Below are positions 52,507-63,624 of a stretch of DNA of 64,000 nt, in pieces. The number at the start of each line of letters is the position of its first letter. Position 1 is the first letter of the stretch. The stretch is taken from NCBI GenBank assembly GCA_045637505.1, contig JAZTZO010000045.1:31384-95383 (forward strand). The letters run 5' to 3'. This DNA is from Muribaculaceae bacterium (lineage in GTDB: Bacteria; Bacteroidota; Bacteroidia; Bacteroidales; Muribaculaceae). The translations under genes were made by a program, and so were the position numbers. The notes beneath the pieces are model-generated. The model had not been told where the DNA came from. It searched no databases and saw only the letters and a program-made list of their open reading frames with translations.

Positions 52507-54653
52507 AAACATTTAAAGCACAAATTATTGTTCGATATGCATTGGTAGCTGCATGTATATTGATTTTTTCAGGAGCCATTATTGGCGAAGTAGTTGACAC
52601 AACTATTACTCACAAAGAAGATTGGGACAACAAAGCCGATTCAATTTTGAAACAACGCAAAGTGTTGTATCCTAAACGCGGAGATATACTTGCGTGCGAC
52701 GGAAGCGTGTTGGCAACAAATGTTACAACATATACTGTGCGCATTGACTATCAAAGCGAGCAGTTTAAGGAAAAAGAATATCGCGACTCAATGGATAAGT
52801 ATGTCGATAGTCTTCTTGCTCATTTTGATCGTTTTAAAACTAAAGACGAGTGGAAAGACTATCTATTGGCTCCGTTGGATAAAGAAAAAAAGAAACGCCC
52901 AAGAAGTTATACGCTATTGAAAAATATTACTTACACCGAATATTTGAAATTGCGCACTTTCCCATTCTTTAACTTCCCCAACAAGAACAAGTGTGGTATA
53001 GTGCTCGAGTCGCGTGAACGCCGCAAAAACCCTTATGGTGAAATGGCTTCACGAAGCATTGGTGTGGTAGGCGAAATAAAAGCCACCAAGGAGCGTCATG
53101 GAGTGTGGGGGCTTGAAAGTGACCTCGACTCGCTTCTTTATGGCAAAACTGGATTGGCAAAAGTAGTGCCTGTGAATATCAACACAATCAATTGGACCGA
53201 AGTGCCACCTGTTGATGGTTATGATATCACAACCACAATCGACATCAATCTGCAAGATATCGTTGAGAATGAACTCAATGAAGAATTGGTGAAAACTCGT
53301 GCCGACTGGGGTGTGGCGATATTGATGGAGGTAGAAACTGGCGACATCAAGGCGATTGCCAACCTTGAAATGGATACAGCCGATCATCGTCGATATATTG
53401 AAGGAAGCAACCGCGCAGTAGTGGGTGTTGAGCCTGGTTCGGTAATGAAACCCATTTCGATGCTTGTGGCTCTTGAAAAAGGATGGGTTACTCCCAACAC
53501 GGTAATCCAAACTGGCCAAAAATATAAATATGCAAGTGGTCCAGCTATATGCGACTGCTCTCCAGTGTCATCAATGCCAGTATGGGAAGTGATAGAGCGT
53601 TCGTCAAATATTGGTATGACAAAAGTGGTTATGCCTCACCTTGAATATCCTCAACAATTTAAAGAGTGCTTGACCGAAATAGGGTTCTTTGAACCAATGA
53701 ACTTGCACATCGCAGGTGAACGCGTGCCACGCATTCGCAATTTGGGTAATTCCAACTGGGATTATATCGATGCATCGCGCATGACCTATGGCTATGCAAC
53801 AGAGATACCACCTATATACACATTGTCGATTTACAATGCAATTGCAAATGGTGGTAAGTATGTTCGTCCACGATTTGTGACAAAAATATCGGGTGCTGGA
53901 GTTGACTCGGTGATACCTGTGTCATATATTCGCGACCGCATTTGTAGCGAAGAAAACGCCGAAATCTTGACCAAGATGTTGAAACGAGTTGTGTGGGGCG
54001 ACCATGGCACAGCGCGCTTGGTATTGAAAGATAAACGAGTGGAAATAGCTGGTAAAACAGGTACATGTTATGCCGTATTTGAAAAGCCACGAGTGAACAA
54101 AAAGACCGGAAAGGTGATAACAAAAGATATGTATGGTCGCGATATCCCCAACGGCACACCAGGTACATATGATGAAAATCGTAAACGCTTGTCGTTTTGT
54201 GGATTTTTCCCTGCCGAAAATCCTAAATATTCATGTTTTGTGATGATGTTCCATCCTAAAAATGGAGTAGGAGCAGCAGCGTCGAGTGGCGTAGTGTTGA
54301 AGGATATAGCTTTGAAGATGTATTCAAGAGGCTTGCTCGGTAATGAGAGTGATTTCAAAGCGCAAAGAGGTAAATCATCTCGTCCCACTATGTATGCTGC
54401 AAATGCTGCCAAATATGAAAGAGTAAAAGATGGATTAAATTTAAAATCAATAAATCACTATACATTAAAAACTCAATCATCGGGCGTGCCTTCGGTGGTG
54501 GGCATGGGGCTTAGAGATGCTATCTCAACCCTTGAAAATGCTGGTTATAATGTTGATTTTGATGGAGTGGGGTGTGTGGTGTCGCAACTACCCGCTGCTG
54601 GAACAATGGCGACAAAAGGAGATAAAATTAAATTAAGATTATCATATATTTAA
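52503..54653 (+). CDS. ftsI: Penicillin-binding protein 3-type transpeptidase with C-terminal PASTA domain
   Basis: SxxK is GSVMKP, SxN is SSN and KTG is GKTGT. The C-terminal VPSVVGMGLRDAISTLENAGYNVDFDGVGCVVSQLPAAG is PASTA-like. Confidence 0.9.
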   Translation: MKTFKAQIIVRYALVAACILIFSGAIIGEVVDTTITHKEDWDNKADSILKQRKVLYPKRGDILACDGSVLATNVTTYTVRIDYQSEQFKEKEYRDSMDKYVDSLLAHFDRFKTKDEWKDYLLAPLDKEKKKRPRSYTLLKNITYTEYLKLRTFPFFNFPNKNKCGIVLESRERRKNPYGEMASRSIGVVGEIKATKERHGVWGLESDLDSLLYGKTGLAKVVPVNINTINWTEVPPVDGYDITTTIDINLQDIVENELNEELVKTRADWGVAILMEVETGDIKAIANLEMDTADHRRYIEGSNRAVVGVEPGSVMKPISMLVALEKGWVTPNTVIQTGQKYKYASGPAICDCSPVSSMPVWEVIERSSNIGMTKVVMPHLEYPQQFKECLTEIGFFEPMNLHIAGERVPRIRNLGNSNWDYIDASRMTYGYATEIPPIYTLSIYNAIANGGKYVRPRFVTKISGAGVDSVIPVSYIRDRICSEENAEILTKMLKRVVWGDHGTARLVLKDKRVEIAGKTGTCYAVFEKPRVNKKTGKVITKDMYGRDIPNGTPGTYDENRKRLSFCGFFPAENPKYSCFVMMFHPKNGVGAAASSGVVLKDIALKMYSRGLLGNESDFKAQRGKSSRPTMYAANAAKYERVKDGLNLKSINHYTLKTQSSGVPSVVGMGLRDAISTLENAGYNVDFDGVGCVVSQLPAAGTMATKGDKIKLRLSYI

Positions 54654-54671
54654 AACTATAATATTTTAGTA

Positions 54672-56132
54672 ATGAAAGAATTATCACAATTACTACAATC
54701 GATAGATGTTATTGAGGTCATAGGTGATACTCACCGTGAAATCAGTGGCATTGTGAGCGATTCGCGTTGTGCTGCAAAAGACATGATGTTTGTGGCCGTG
54801 AGAGGTGTAAATGTAGATGGTCATCAATATATCCCACAATTAAACGGCAAGGGATTGGGTGCTATCATATGTGAACAATTGCCTCAATCGATTGATGGTG
54901 ATGTGACTTATGTGCGTGTAGAAAATTCGGCTATTGCCTTGGGTAAACTCGCGTCGCAATGGTGGGATAACCCCTCACAAAAATTGAAACTTGTGGGTGT
55001 GACAGGGACTAATGGCAAAACTACTACAGCCACTCTCATATATGAGATGGCTCGATATATGGGCTACAAGACTGGATTGTTGTCAACAGTGTGCAACTAC
55101 ATTGATAGTGAAGCCGTGCCTGCAACTCACACCACGCCCGACCCCTTGAGCCTTAATGCGCTACTTGCGCGCATGGTTGAGGCTGGTTGTGAATATGCTG
55201 TGATGGAGGTGAGTTCTCATGCTGCTCATCAACATCGCATTGCTGGGTTGAAATTTGTGGGAGGAATTTTCTCAAATCTCACTCGCGACCACCTCGATTA
55301 TCACAAGACGGTTGATGCATATCTCGATGCAAAGAAGATGTTCTTTGATGGTCTTGAAAAAGATGCATTTGCATTGACTAACATCGATGACAAGGTGGGA
55401 GAGGTGATGCTACAAAACACAAAGGCTGCCAAAAAAAGATATTCACTTCGTTCGCAAGCCGACTTTATGGGACGCATCATCGAAAGCCGTCTTGACGGCA
55501 CATTGATGACCTTTAACTCAAAAGAAGTTGAGGTGTTGTTTACTGGCAAGTTTAATGCTTATAACTTGACTGCGGTGTATGCTACTTCAATACTATTGGG
55601 CTGGGATCCCGAAAAAGTATTGGTGGGAATGAGTCGTCTTGTGCCTGTAGCCGGTCGTTTTCAAGCATTCCACTCGCCCAAGGGTTATACCGCGATTGTT
55701 GACTATGCACACACCCCCGATGCCGTGGTGAATGTGCTCAATGCTATTCGCGATGTGATAGGCAATAACGGAAATATCATCACAGTGGTGGGAGCAGGTG
55801 GAAATCGCGACAAAGGCAAGCGTCCTATTATGGCTAAAGAGGCTGCTGCGCGTAGCGAACGAGTAATTCTCACATCTGACAATCCTCGTGATGAAGAACC
55901 TGCCGATATATTGCGTGATATGGAAGCTGGGCTTGATGACGAAGGTCGTGCCAAAACATTGAGTATCTCTGACCGTCGTGAAGCAATTCGCACTGCGACT
56001 ATGCTTGCAACACAAGGTGATGTTATTCTCATCGCAGGTAAAGGACATGAGGACTACCAAGAAATTAAGGGTGTGAAATATCACTTTGACGATAGAGAGG
56101 TAATATCTGAAATTATTAAAACTGAACAATAA
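54672..56132 (+). CDS. murE: UDP-MurNAc-L-Ala-D-Glu:meso-DAP ligase
   Basis: [10 protein letters not shown] and a DNPR motif (SDNPRDE), which indicates DAP specificity. Confidence 0.95.
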   Translation: MKELSQLLQSIDVIEVIGDTHREISGIVSDSRCAAKDMMFVAVRGVNVDGHQYIPQLNGKGLGAIICEQLPQSIDGDVTYVRVENSAIALGKLASQWWDNPSQKLKLVGVTGTNGKTTTATLIYEMARYMGYKTGLLSTVCNYIDSEAVPATHTTPDPLSLNALLARMVEAGCEYAVMEVSSHAAHQHRIAGLKFVGGIFSNLTRDHLDYHKTVDAYLDAKKMFFDGLEKDAFALTNIDDKVGEVMLQNTKAAKKRYSLRSQADFMGRIIESRLDGTLMTFNSKEVEVLFTGKFNAYNLTAVYATSILLGWDPEKVLVGMSRLVPVAGRFQAFHSPKGYTAIVDYAHTPDAVVNVLNAIRDVIGNNGNIITVVGAGGNRDKGKRPIMAKEAAARSERVILTSDNPRDEEPADILRDMEAGLDDEGRAKTLSISDRREAIRTATMLATQGDVILIAGKGHEDYQEIKGVKYHFDDREVISEIIKTEQ

Positions 56133-56146
56133 TAAACTATAGGCAT

Positions 56147-57412
56147 ATGTTGAACTATTTATTTGATTATCTACTTGAGATTGATGTCCCTGGAGCTCGA
56201 TTAATGAGTTATTACACATTCCGTTCGGGTGTGGCATTTTTGTTGTCGCTTCTTGTTACAATCTTTATAGGTCGTCGCATTATTGAGCGATTGCAAAAAA
56301 TGCAGATTGGTGAAATTATTCGCGACCTCGGGTTGGAGGGGCAAATGAAGAAAACAGGTACTCCAACAATGGGTGGGATTATTATAATTATAGCCACATT
56401 GGTTCCATGTTTGTTGGTGGGAGATTTGACAAATATCTATATGCTGTTGATGATAGGTTCAACAATATGGCTTGGCGTGTTGGGATTTCTTGACGACTAT
56501 ATCAAGGTGGCACGCAAAGATAAAGATGGCTTGAAAGGTAAATTTAAAATTGCTGGTCAGGTGGGTCTTGGTCTTATCGTAGGGCTTACAATGTATTTCA
56601 GCCCCGATATGACTATGCGCCTTAATCATGAGGTTAAAGATGTCAATAGCCAAGATGTGGTTGAGGTAGTGTATGAAAACCAAGAGGTGAAAGACTTGCA
56701 AACAACAATGCCTTTCTTTAAAAACAACAACCTCGACTATGACTGGTTCACCCAATGGATGGGCGACTGGGCAACTCCTGCTGCATGGGTGTTGTTTATT
56801 CTTGTTACAATCTTTATGGTAACAGCAACTTCCAACGGGGCCAATCTCACCGATGGGCTTGATGGGCTTGCAACGGGAACATCGGCTATTGCCGCAATAG
56901 CATTGGCGATAATAGCCTATCTGGGAGGTAATGTGATTTATTCATCTTATCTCAATATTATGTATTTGCCCGGCAGTGGTGAGGTAGTGGTGTTTATGGC
57001 GGCATTTATTGGAGCGCTCATTGGTTTCTTGTGGTATAATGCATATCCTGCTCAAGTATTTATGGGAGACACAGGTAGTCTCACCATAGGTGGTATCATT
57101 GCTGTGAGTGCAATTATCATACACAAAGAATTGTTGTTGCCTATCCTTTGCGCATTGTTCTACTTTGAAGACCTCTCGGTTGTTATCCAAACAGGTTATT
57201 TCAAACTATCGCGCAAATTAACAGGCGAGGGTAAACGCGTGTTTAAGATGACTCCTATTCATCACCATTTCCAAAAACCTGGTAATAGCGGAATAAAAGC
57301 GTTGATACAACGTCCATATAATGCAGTTCCCGAATCAAAAATTGTGATACGATTCTGGATTATTGCAATACTTCTTGCTGTAATAACATTTGTGACATTG
57401 AAGATACGATAA
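56147..57412 (+). CDS. mraY: Phospho-N-acetylmuramoyl-pentapeptide transferase
   Basis: Polytopic protein with GTPTMGG, NGANLTDGLDGLA, MGDTGSL and PIHHHF. Confidence 0.95.
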   Translation: MLNYLFDYLLEIDVPGARLMSYYTFRSGVAFLLSLLVTIFIGRRIIERLQKMQIGEIIRDLGLEGQMKKTGTPTMGGIIIIIATLVPCLLVGDLTNIYMLLMIGSTIWLGVLGFLDDYIKVARKDKDGLKGKFKIAGQVGLGLIVGLTMYFSPDMTMRLNHEVKDVNSQDVVEVVYENQEVKDLQTTMPFFKNNNLDYDWFTQWMGDWATPAAWVLFILVTIFMVTATSNGANLTDGLDGLATGTSAIAAIALAIIAYLGGNVIYSSYLNIMYLPGSGEVVVFMAAFIGALIGFLWYNAYPAQVFMGDTGSLTIGGIIAVSAIIIHKELLLPILCALFYFEDLSVVIQTGYFKLSRKLTGEGKRVFKMTPIHHHFQKPGNSGIKALIQRPYNAVPESKIVIRFWIIAILLAVITFVTLKIR

Positions 57413-58761
57413 TGAAAACAAAGAAATTAGTAGTGCTCGGTGGAGGCGAAAGTGGCGTAGGTGCCGCTATTCTCGCTAAAGAGAAAGGGATGGAAGTATT
57501 CCTCTCTGACATGGGTAAAATTGCCCCAAAATATAAACAAGCACTCGATGAGGCAAATATTCCTTGGGAAGAGGGCACTCACACCGAGTCGATGATTCTT
57601 GATGCCGATGAGGTGGTAAAAAGTCCTGGGATACCTCCTACAACACCTTTGATGCAAAAGATTGCGTCAAAAAATATTCCTGTGATATCAGAAATAGAAT
57701 TGGCCGGACGATATACCGATGCCAAGATGGTGTGTATTACAGGTAGTAATGGCAAAACCACTACTACAATGCTCACATATCATATTTTGAAAAATGCAGG
57801 TGTCAATGTGGGACTTGCAGGCAATGTGGGTCATAGTTTGGCGTTGCAAGTTGCCCACGAAAAGCACGATGTGTATGTGGTGGAATTGAGTAGTTTCCAA
57901 CTTGAAAACATGTATGATTTCAAGGCAAATGTGGCTGTGATAATGAATATCACCCCCGACCACCTCGACCGCTATGACTATGAAATGCAGAATTATGTAA
58001 ATGCCAAATTCCGCATCCTTCAAAATCTCACATCGCAAGATGCATTTATCTTCTGGAAAAACGACCCAATCATTGAGGCTCAATTAAAAAATATTGAGAC
58101 TCAAGCACAATTGTTTCCATTCTCTGAAGTGCAAGAGGAAACATCAAAGGCCTATGTCGATTCAGAAAACAACTTGATTATTAATGCGCCAAATGCATCG
58201 TTGTCAATGCCTCGTGCCGACTTGGCTTTGAGTGGGTTGCACAATCTTTATAATTCAATGGCAGCAGGGTTGTCGGCATGTATTCTCGACATAAAGAAAG
58301 AAGATGTGCGCCGTGCATTATCTAACTTTGAAGGTGTTGAACATCGTCTTGAGTATGTCGATACTATTGATGGCGTGAGATATATCAACGACTCTAAAGC
58401 AACAAATGTAAACTCATGCTGGTATGCACTTGAAAGTGTACCCAAAAATACAATCCTCATTCTTGGAGGAAAAGATAAGGGTAATGATTATACCGAAATT
58501 GAACCATTGGTAAAGGAAAAAGTAAAAGCAATAGTGTGTATGGGAAAGGACAATACTAAATTGCTTGAATTCTTTGCCGACAAAGTAGAAACTATTAGCG
58601 ACACACACTCTATCGAAGACGCAATCAATGAATGTGCTCGCATAGCACAAAGTGGCGACACTGTGTTGTTGTCACCATGTTGTGCAAGCTTTGACCTCTT
58701 TAAAAGTTATGAAGATAGAGGCGAGCAATTTAAGGCTATCGTAAAATCAATGAAAAAGTAA
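57412..58761 (+). CDS. murD: UDP-MurNAc-L-Ala:D-Glu ligase
   Basis: VVLGGGESGVGAA, ITGSNGKTTT, DSKATN. Confidence 0.95.
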   Translation: MKTKKLVVLGGGESGVGAAILAKEKGMEVFLSDMGKIAPKYKQALDEANIPWEEGTHTESMILDADEVVKSPGIPPTTPLMQKIASKNIPVISEIELAGRYTDAKMVCITGSNGKTTTTMLTYHILKNAGVNVGLAGNVGHSLALQVAHEKHDVYVVELSSFQLENMYDFKANVAVIMNITPDHLDRYDYEMQNYVNAKFRILQNLTSQDAFIFWKNDPIIEAQLKNIETQAQLFPFSEVQEETSKAYVDSENNLIINAPNASLSMPRADLALSGLHNLYNSMAAGLSACILDIKKEDVRRALSNFEGVEHRLEYVDTIDGVRYINDSKATNVNSCWYALESVPKNTILILGGKDKGNDYTEIEPLVKEKVKAIVCMGKDNTKLLEFFADKVETISDTHSIEDAINECARIAQSGDTVLLSPCCASFDLFKSYEDRGEQFKAIVKSMKK

Positions 58762-58784
58762 ATTAATATTTTAATCGATTAACT

Positions 58785-60119
58785 ATGAAATCAGAAGAAC
58801 CAATCAAAACAACCAAGCCGAAGGAAAAAGCGGCTCCAACTCCTCCCGGAGATAAGTATATATGGGCAATATACATTACCCTATGCCTAATCTCGGTAGT
58901 AGAGCAATATAGTGCATCGTCAACAATGGTTACTACCAACGACATTATAGGACCATTGACCGACCATCTTATGCATCTATTCTTGGGCTTTTTGGTTATT
59001 TATTTTGTGCAACGCATTCATTATAGTAAATTTATATTACTTGTGCCCATTTTGGCCGTAGTGAGTGTAGGTTGTGCTATATATGTTATGATTGGTGGTG
59101 ATGTAATCAATGGTGCAAAGCGCAGTTTCCGTCTATTTGGGATGCTGCCAGTGCAACCTGCCGAGTTAATAAAATTCACATCGGCAGCATTGATAGCATT
59201 AATAATGTCAAAATCGCAACTCCAAGATGGCAAGGGGATATCGCGTAAAGGATTGATAACAACTCTTGTTGCGATAGCCATATTTGGTGGGGTGTTGATA
59301 CGTCAAGGAACAACCAACACAATTATATTATTGGCAATATCATTCTCAATGATGATTGTGGGTGGAGTTCAGTTGAAAAAGATTTTTGCCATAATAGGTA
59401 TAGGCATATTGCTGGCAGGAAGTGCTGTAGGCGTAAAGTTATTAATGGAAAAGTCCGAAGAGAAAGATACTACCGAGTTTGTGGCTCAAAACTCCGATTC
59501 GCAAATTGAAAAAGGCGAAACGGTCGATCGTTTTTCTGAAGTGCTCATTCCTCGTCTTAAGCGTTGGTGGTATGGTGATACAATACCCAAATGGCAACAA
59601 AAAATCACACGAACTAATTATCAAGAGCAGTTCTCTTATATAGCGCAAGCTCATGGTGGTGTAGTGAGGTTTATGCCTGGGAATTCGCGCGAAACATCGC
59701 GATTGCCGTTGGCATTCTCCGACTATATCTTTGCCATTGTCATTGAAGACTTGGGGCTTGTGGGTGGAGTATTTGTATTGATACTTTATATATTCCTCCT
59801 CTTCCGTGCCGGAGGGATAGCTTCGCAGTGTACGCGTGCATTCCCGGCAATGCTGGTGATAGGGATGGCGTTGTATATAACATTCCAAGCATTGTTCCAT
59901 ATGGGCATTGTTTCGGGGTTATTACCTGTTTCGGGGCAACCATTGCCATTGATATCGGCCGGTGGTACATCAATATTGATAACCTCATTGGCAATAGGGG
60001 TGATGTTGAGTGTGAGTCGATTTGCAACTCGCAAAGGAACAGCTCAAAAACGCGATATTAATCAAGAAATAAGTGCGCTTCCCGAAAATGTGCGCGCCGA
60101 AAATCCAAGTCAATTATAA
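58785..60119 (+). CDS. ftsW: SEDS-family peptidoglycan glycosyltransferase FtsW
   Basis: 10-TM SEDS pattern (QPAELIKF, SDYIFAIVIEDLG, PLPLISAGGTS). It sits in the dcw position between murD and murG. Confidence 0.9.
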   Translation: MKSEEPIKTTKPKEKAAPTPPGDKYIWAIYITLCLISVVEQYSASSTMVTTNDIIGPLTDHLMHLFLGFLVIYFVQRIHYSKFILLVPILAVVSVGCAIYVMIGGDVINGAKRSFRLFGMLPVQPAELIKFTSAALIALIMSKSQLQDGKGISRKGLITTLVAIAIFGGVLIRQGTTNTIILLAISFSMMIVGGVQLKKIFAIIGIGILLAGSAVGVKLLMEKSEEKDTTEFVAQNSDSQIEKGETVDRFSEVLIPRLKRWWYGDTIPKWQQKITRTNYQEQFSYIAQAHGGVVRFMPGNSRETSRLPLAFSDYIFAIVIEDLGLVGGVFVLILYIFLLFRAGGIASQCTRAFPAMLVIGMALYITFQALFHMGIVSGLLPVSGQPLPLISAGGTSILITSLAIGVMLSVSRFATRKGTAQKRDINQEISALPENVRAENPSQL

Positions 60120-60140
60120 TTGTTTTAGTAAGAACGATTT

Positions 60141-61247
60141 ATGGAAGATAAAAAAACATATAAAGTTTTAGTGAGTGGTGGTGGCACCGGTGGACATATT
60201 TTCCCCGCGTTGTCAATCGCTAATGCATTAAAAAAGCGTAACCCCAACACTCAAATCCTTTTTGTAGGGGCTGAGGGACGCATGGAAATGGAGCGCGTGC
60301 CTGTTGCTGGATATGAAATCGTGGGATTGCCGGTGTGTGGTTTTGACCGCAAGCGTTTGTGGCGCAATGTGAAAGTGCTATATAAGTTGTGGAAAAGCAT
60401 GCGCATTGCTCGCAAGGTGTTGCGCGATTTCCAACCCGATTTGGCTGTGGGTGTAGGTGGATATGCAAGCGGACCAATGCTCAAAGAGGTTCAGAAAAAA
60501 GGAATTCCTACTTTATTGCAAGAGCAAAATTCATATGCTGGGGTTACTAATAAACTATTGGCCAAAAATGCTGGTGCTATATGCGTGGCTTATGAGGGTA
60601 TGGAACGATTTTTCCCTGCCGATAAAATTGTTCTTACAGGAAATCCAGTTCGTGCCAATATCTTGAATTGTGACTTGACTCGTGAACAAGCCAAAGAGCA
60701 ATTAGGCTTTGATGCATCACGCAAGTTGGTGCTTGTTGTGGGCGGAAGCCTTGGTGCTCGCACTATAAACGATAGTGTAGCCTTGGCGCTTGATGATGTG
60801 TTGTCGACAGGTGCTCAAGTGATGTGGCAAACAGGTAAAATATATGCACAAGAATGTGCCGAAAAGGCCCAAGGAAAAGATGGTGTAGTAGCTACTGCAT
60901 TTATTTCTGACATGAATGTGGCATATCGTGCGGCCGACTTGGTTGTGTCGCGTGCTGGAGCTGGAACGATTTCGGAACTTCAACTATTGGGGTTGCCGGT
61001 AATTCTTGTTCCATCGCCCAATGTGGCCGAAGATCATCAACGCAAAAATGCACAAGCTCTTGTCGATAAAGATGCTGCTGTGATGATACTCGATGCCGAT
61101 TGTCGTGCTAATCTTGCTGGTGAGGTAAAAGCATTACTTGCCGATGACAAGAAACGCGATATTTTGGCTCAAAATATAAAGAAAATGGCACTCGTTGATG
61201 CTGATGAAAAAATCGTGGACAAAATTTATGAATTATTGAATAAATAA
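60141..61247 (+). CDS. murG: Lipid II-forming UDP-GlcNAc transferase
   Basis: GGGTGGHIFPALSIA, GGSLGA, RAGAGTISE. Confidence 0.95.
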   Translation: MEDKKTYKVLVSGGGTGGHIFPALSIANALKKRNPNTQILFVGAEGRMEMERVPVAGYEIVGLPVCGFDRKRLWRNVKVLYKLWKSMRIARKVLRDFQPDLAVGVGGYASGPMLKEVQKKGIPTLLQEQNSYAGVTNKLLAKNAGAICVAYEGMERFFPADKIVLTGNPVRANILNCDLTREQAKEQLGFDASRKLVLVVGGSLGARTINDSVALALDDVLSTGAQVMWQTGKIYAQECAEKAQGKDGVVATAFISDMNVAYRAADLVVSRAGAGTISELQLLGLPVILVPSPNVAEDHQRKNAQALVDKDAAVMILDADCRANLAGEVKALLADDKKRDILAQNIKKMALVDADEKIVDKIYELLNK

Positions 61248-61256
61248 TAAGCAAGA

Positions 61257-62639
61257 ATGGATACAAAAAAGACTAACATATACTTTGTTGGAGCAGGTGG
61301 TATAGGCATGGCTGCTCTCGAACGATATTTCCTTTCACAAGGTTGTAAAGTTGCTGGATATGACCGCACACCAACGGCTCTCACTAAAGCGCTCGAAGAA
61401 GAGGGTGTGGCTATTGTGTATGACGATGAAGTGAGCCTTATACCCGAGGAATTTAAAAATCCCGAAACAACATTGGTTGTTTATACTCCTGCCATTCCTG
61501 CCGACCACAAAGGGTTGAACTTCTTTAAAGATGGAGGTTTTGAAATCCTCAAGCGTGCAGCTGTGTTGGGTATGATTACTCGTGGATCAAAGGGTTTGTG
61601 TTTTGCCGGTACACATGGCAAAACTACTACCTCATCGATGGCAGCTCACATTCTCAACACTTGTGAAGTGGGTTGTAATGCATTCTTGGGTGGTATATTG
61701 CGCAATTATAACAGCAACTTGTTGTTGAGCGAAACATCTCCCTATTCGGTCATTGAGGCCGATGAGTATGACCGTTCATTCCATCAGTTGACTCCCTACA
61801 TCGCAGTCATAACCTCGTCTGACCCCGACCACCTCGACATCTATGGCACTGAAGAGGCCTATCTCGAAAGTTTTGCGCACTTCACCGAGTTGATACGCCC
61901 CGATGGTGCATTGGTGATGCACGAAGGATTGAAAGTGAAGCCTCGTGTAGCTCCAGGTGTAAAAGTATATACCTATTCGCGCGACCATGGCGATTTCCAT
62001 GCCCAAAACATTCGTTATGGAAATGGTACAATAACATTTGACTTTGTAGCATGCGATGGTTCGGTTATCAAAGATATCGAATTGGGTGTGCCTGTTGAAA
62101 TAAATATTGAAAATGCGATAGCATCGTTGGCCGGTTGTTTCCTCACAGGCGACATGCAAGCCCACAAGGCAGCCGAAGCAATGGCTTCATTTATGGGTCC
62201 AAAGCGTCGATTTGAGTTTTGGCTCAAGGAAGCAGGTGAGAATGGAAAAGCTATTATTGACGACTATGCACATCACCCCGATGAGTTGAAGGCTTCAATA
62301 AGTTCGGTGAAATCGCTCTATCCTAATCGAAAGATTACCGTAGCGTTCCAACCACACCTCTATTCACGCACTCGCGATTTTGCCCCCGAATTTGCTCAAG
62401 CATTATCGCTTGCCGATGATGTGATATTGCTCAATATCTATCCTGCACGCGAATTGCCTATTGAGGGGGTTACTTCTCAAATAGTATTTGATGATATCAC
62501 TACTCAATCAAAGGTGCTTATTGAGAAAGAAGAACTTGTTGAAACGATTAAAAATCGCGACTTTGAAGTGTTATTAACCGTGGGCGCAGGCGATATTTGT
62601 AACTATTTGCCCCAAATATGTGAAAATGTGACTAAATAA
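61257..62639 (+). CDS. murC: UDP-N-acetylmuramate:L-alanine ligase
   Basis: FVGAGGIGMAALE, GTHGKTTTSSM, DDYAHHP. Confidence 0.95.
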   Translation: MDTKKTNIYFVGAGGIGMAALERYFLSQGCKVAGYDRTPTALTKALEEEGVAIVYDDEVSLIPEEFKNPETTLVVYTPAIPADHKGLNFFKDGGFEILKRAAVLGMITRGSKGLCFAGTHGKTTTSSMAAHILNTCEVGCNAFLGGILRNYNSNLLLSETSPYSVIEADEYDRSFHQLTPYIAVITSSDPDHLDIYGTEEAYLESFAHFTELIRPDGALVMHEGLKVKPRVAPGVKVYTYSRDHGDFHAQNIRYGNGTITFDFVACDGSVIKDIELGVPVEINIENAIASLAGCFLTGDMQAHKAAEAMASFMGPKRRFEFWLKEAGENGKAIIDDYAHHPDELKASISSVKSLYPNRKITVAFQPHLYSRTRDFAPEFAQALSLADDVILLNIYPARELPIEGVTSQIVFDDITTQSKVLIEKEELVETIKNRDFEVLLTVGAGDICNYLPQICENVTK

Positions 62640-63622
62640 TGAATAAAAAGAACCTTTTAAATATAATATTGTCAATATTGTTGGTGATATATATGGTGGT
62701 GGCTTTTAGTTTCACTGCCTATATTTACCAAAATGATTATTGTAAAGGTGTTGATATTGAAATCAACGACCCTACAAATATGAAATTTATCACTGTTGAC
62801 GATATTTCGCGTGAGATAGGGAATGAAGATAGTTCATTTCTATTGATGCGTATTAATGAGATAAACACACACACCATTGAGATGTCGTTAAATGCAATTG
62901 ACAAGATAGAAGAGGCCAATTGTTATATCTCAAAAGATGGACATCTAAAGATAGGTATAACACCATTGATACCTGTAGCGCGCATATTTGACCCCAATGG
63001 GACTTACTATATTAATCGAGACGGGAAGAAAATGACAGCCAGTGCTCGTTATCATGTAGATGTTCCTGTTGTGGTGGGACAATTCAATTCAAAGCTCAAT
63101 TCAACGGCTATATTGCCACTGTTGAAATTTATTAAGAGCGATTCAACTTGGAACTCGCTTGTAACGGGAATCAAGATTGACGCAAATAATGATATTATCA
63201 TTGCACCTATGATTAAAGGGCATGTGTTGAACTTGGGTGACACTTCTGATATTGAAAACAAATTTGCTCGTATAAATACGATTTACAAAAAAGTATTGCC
63301 CATAAAAGGGTGGAACTATTACGACACAATCTCGGTGAAATGGCATGGACAAGTGGTGGCTACTCGCAAAGAAAAACTAAAGGAGGTGAATACTGCTACT
63401 TTTGCCGATTCGATAGATGGCGAAGCTCCATCGTTGTCATCGATGAATGTATCGTATGAGCGAAATAAACCGGAAGCTACTAAATCTACTTCAGAAGAGA
63501 AAGAAGAGGAGCCCGATTCAGAAAAAACAAAATCGTCCAAGGCTAATAAAAAAACAAAAAAGTCGGCGGATAAAAAAAGCAAAGAAGAAACAAAAAAAGA
63601 AAATAATAAAAAACCTAACTAA
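62639..63622 (+). CDS. ftsQ: FtsQ-like cell division protein with Lys/Glu-rich tail
   Basis: N-terminal TM segment (LLNIILSILLVIYMVVAF) and a POTRA-like region. It sits between murC and ftsA. The last ~70 aa are highly charged. Confidence 0.7.
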   Translation: MNKKNLLNIILSILLVIYMVVAFSFTAYIYQNDYCKGVDIEINDPTNMKFITVDDISREIGNEDSSFLLMRINEINTHTIEMSLNAIDKIEEANCYISKDGHLKIGITPLIPVARIFDPNGTYYINRDGKKMTASARYHVDVPVVVGQFNSKLNSTAILPLLKFIKSDSTWNSLVTGIKIDANNDIIIAPMIKGHVLNLGDTSDIENKFARINTIYKKVLPIKGWNYYDTISVKWHGQVVATRKEKLKEVNTATFADSIDGEAPSLSSMNVSYERNKPEATKSTSEEKEEEPDSEKTKSSKANKKTKKSADKKSKEETKKENNKKPN

Positions 63623-63624
63623 TT

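Noticed and set aside
55593-56237. 214-aa antisense ORF inside murE/mraY, and similar long antisense ORFs at 53049..53519, 1058..1558, 22027..22440, 34836..35201 and 37510..37908
   Set aside because: All lie opposite strongly supported conserved genes, have odd composition (Cys/His/Ser/Ile-rich), and have no promoter or terminator context.
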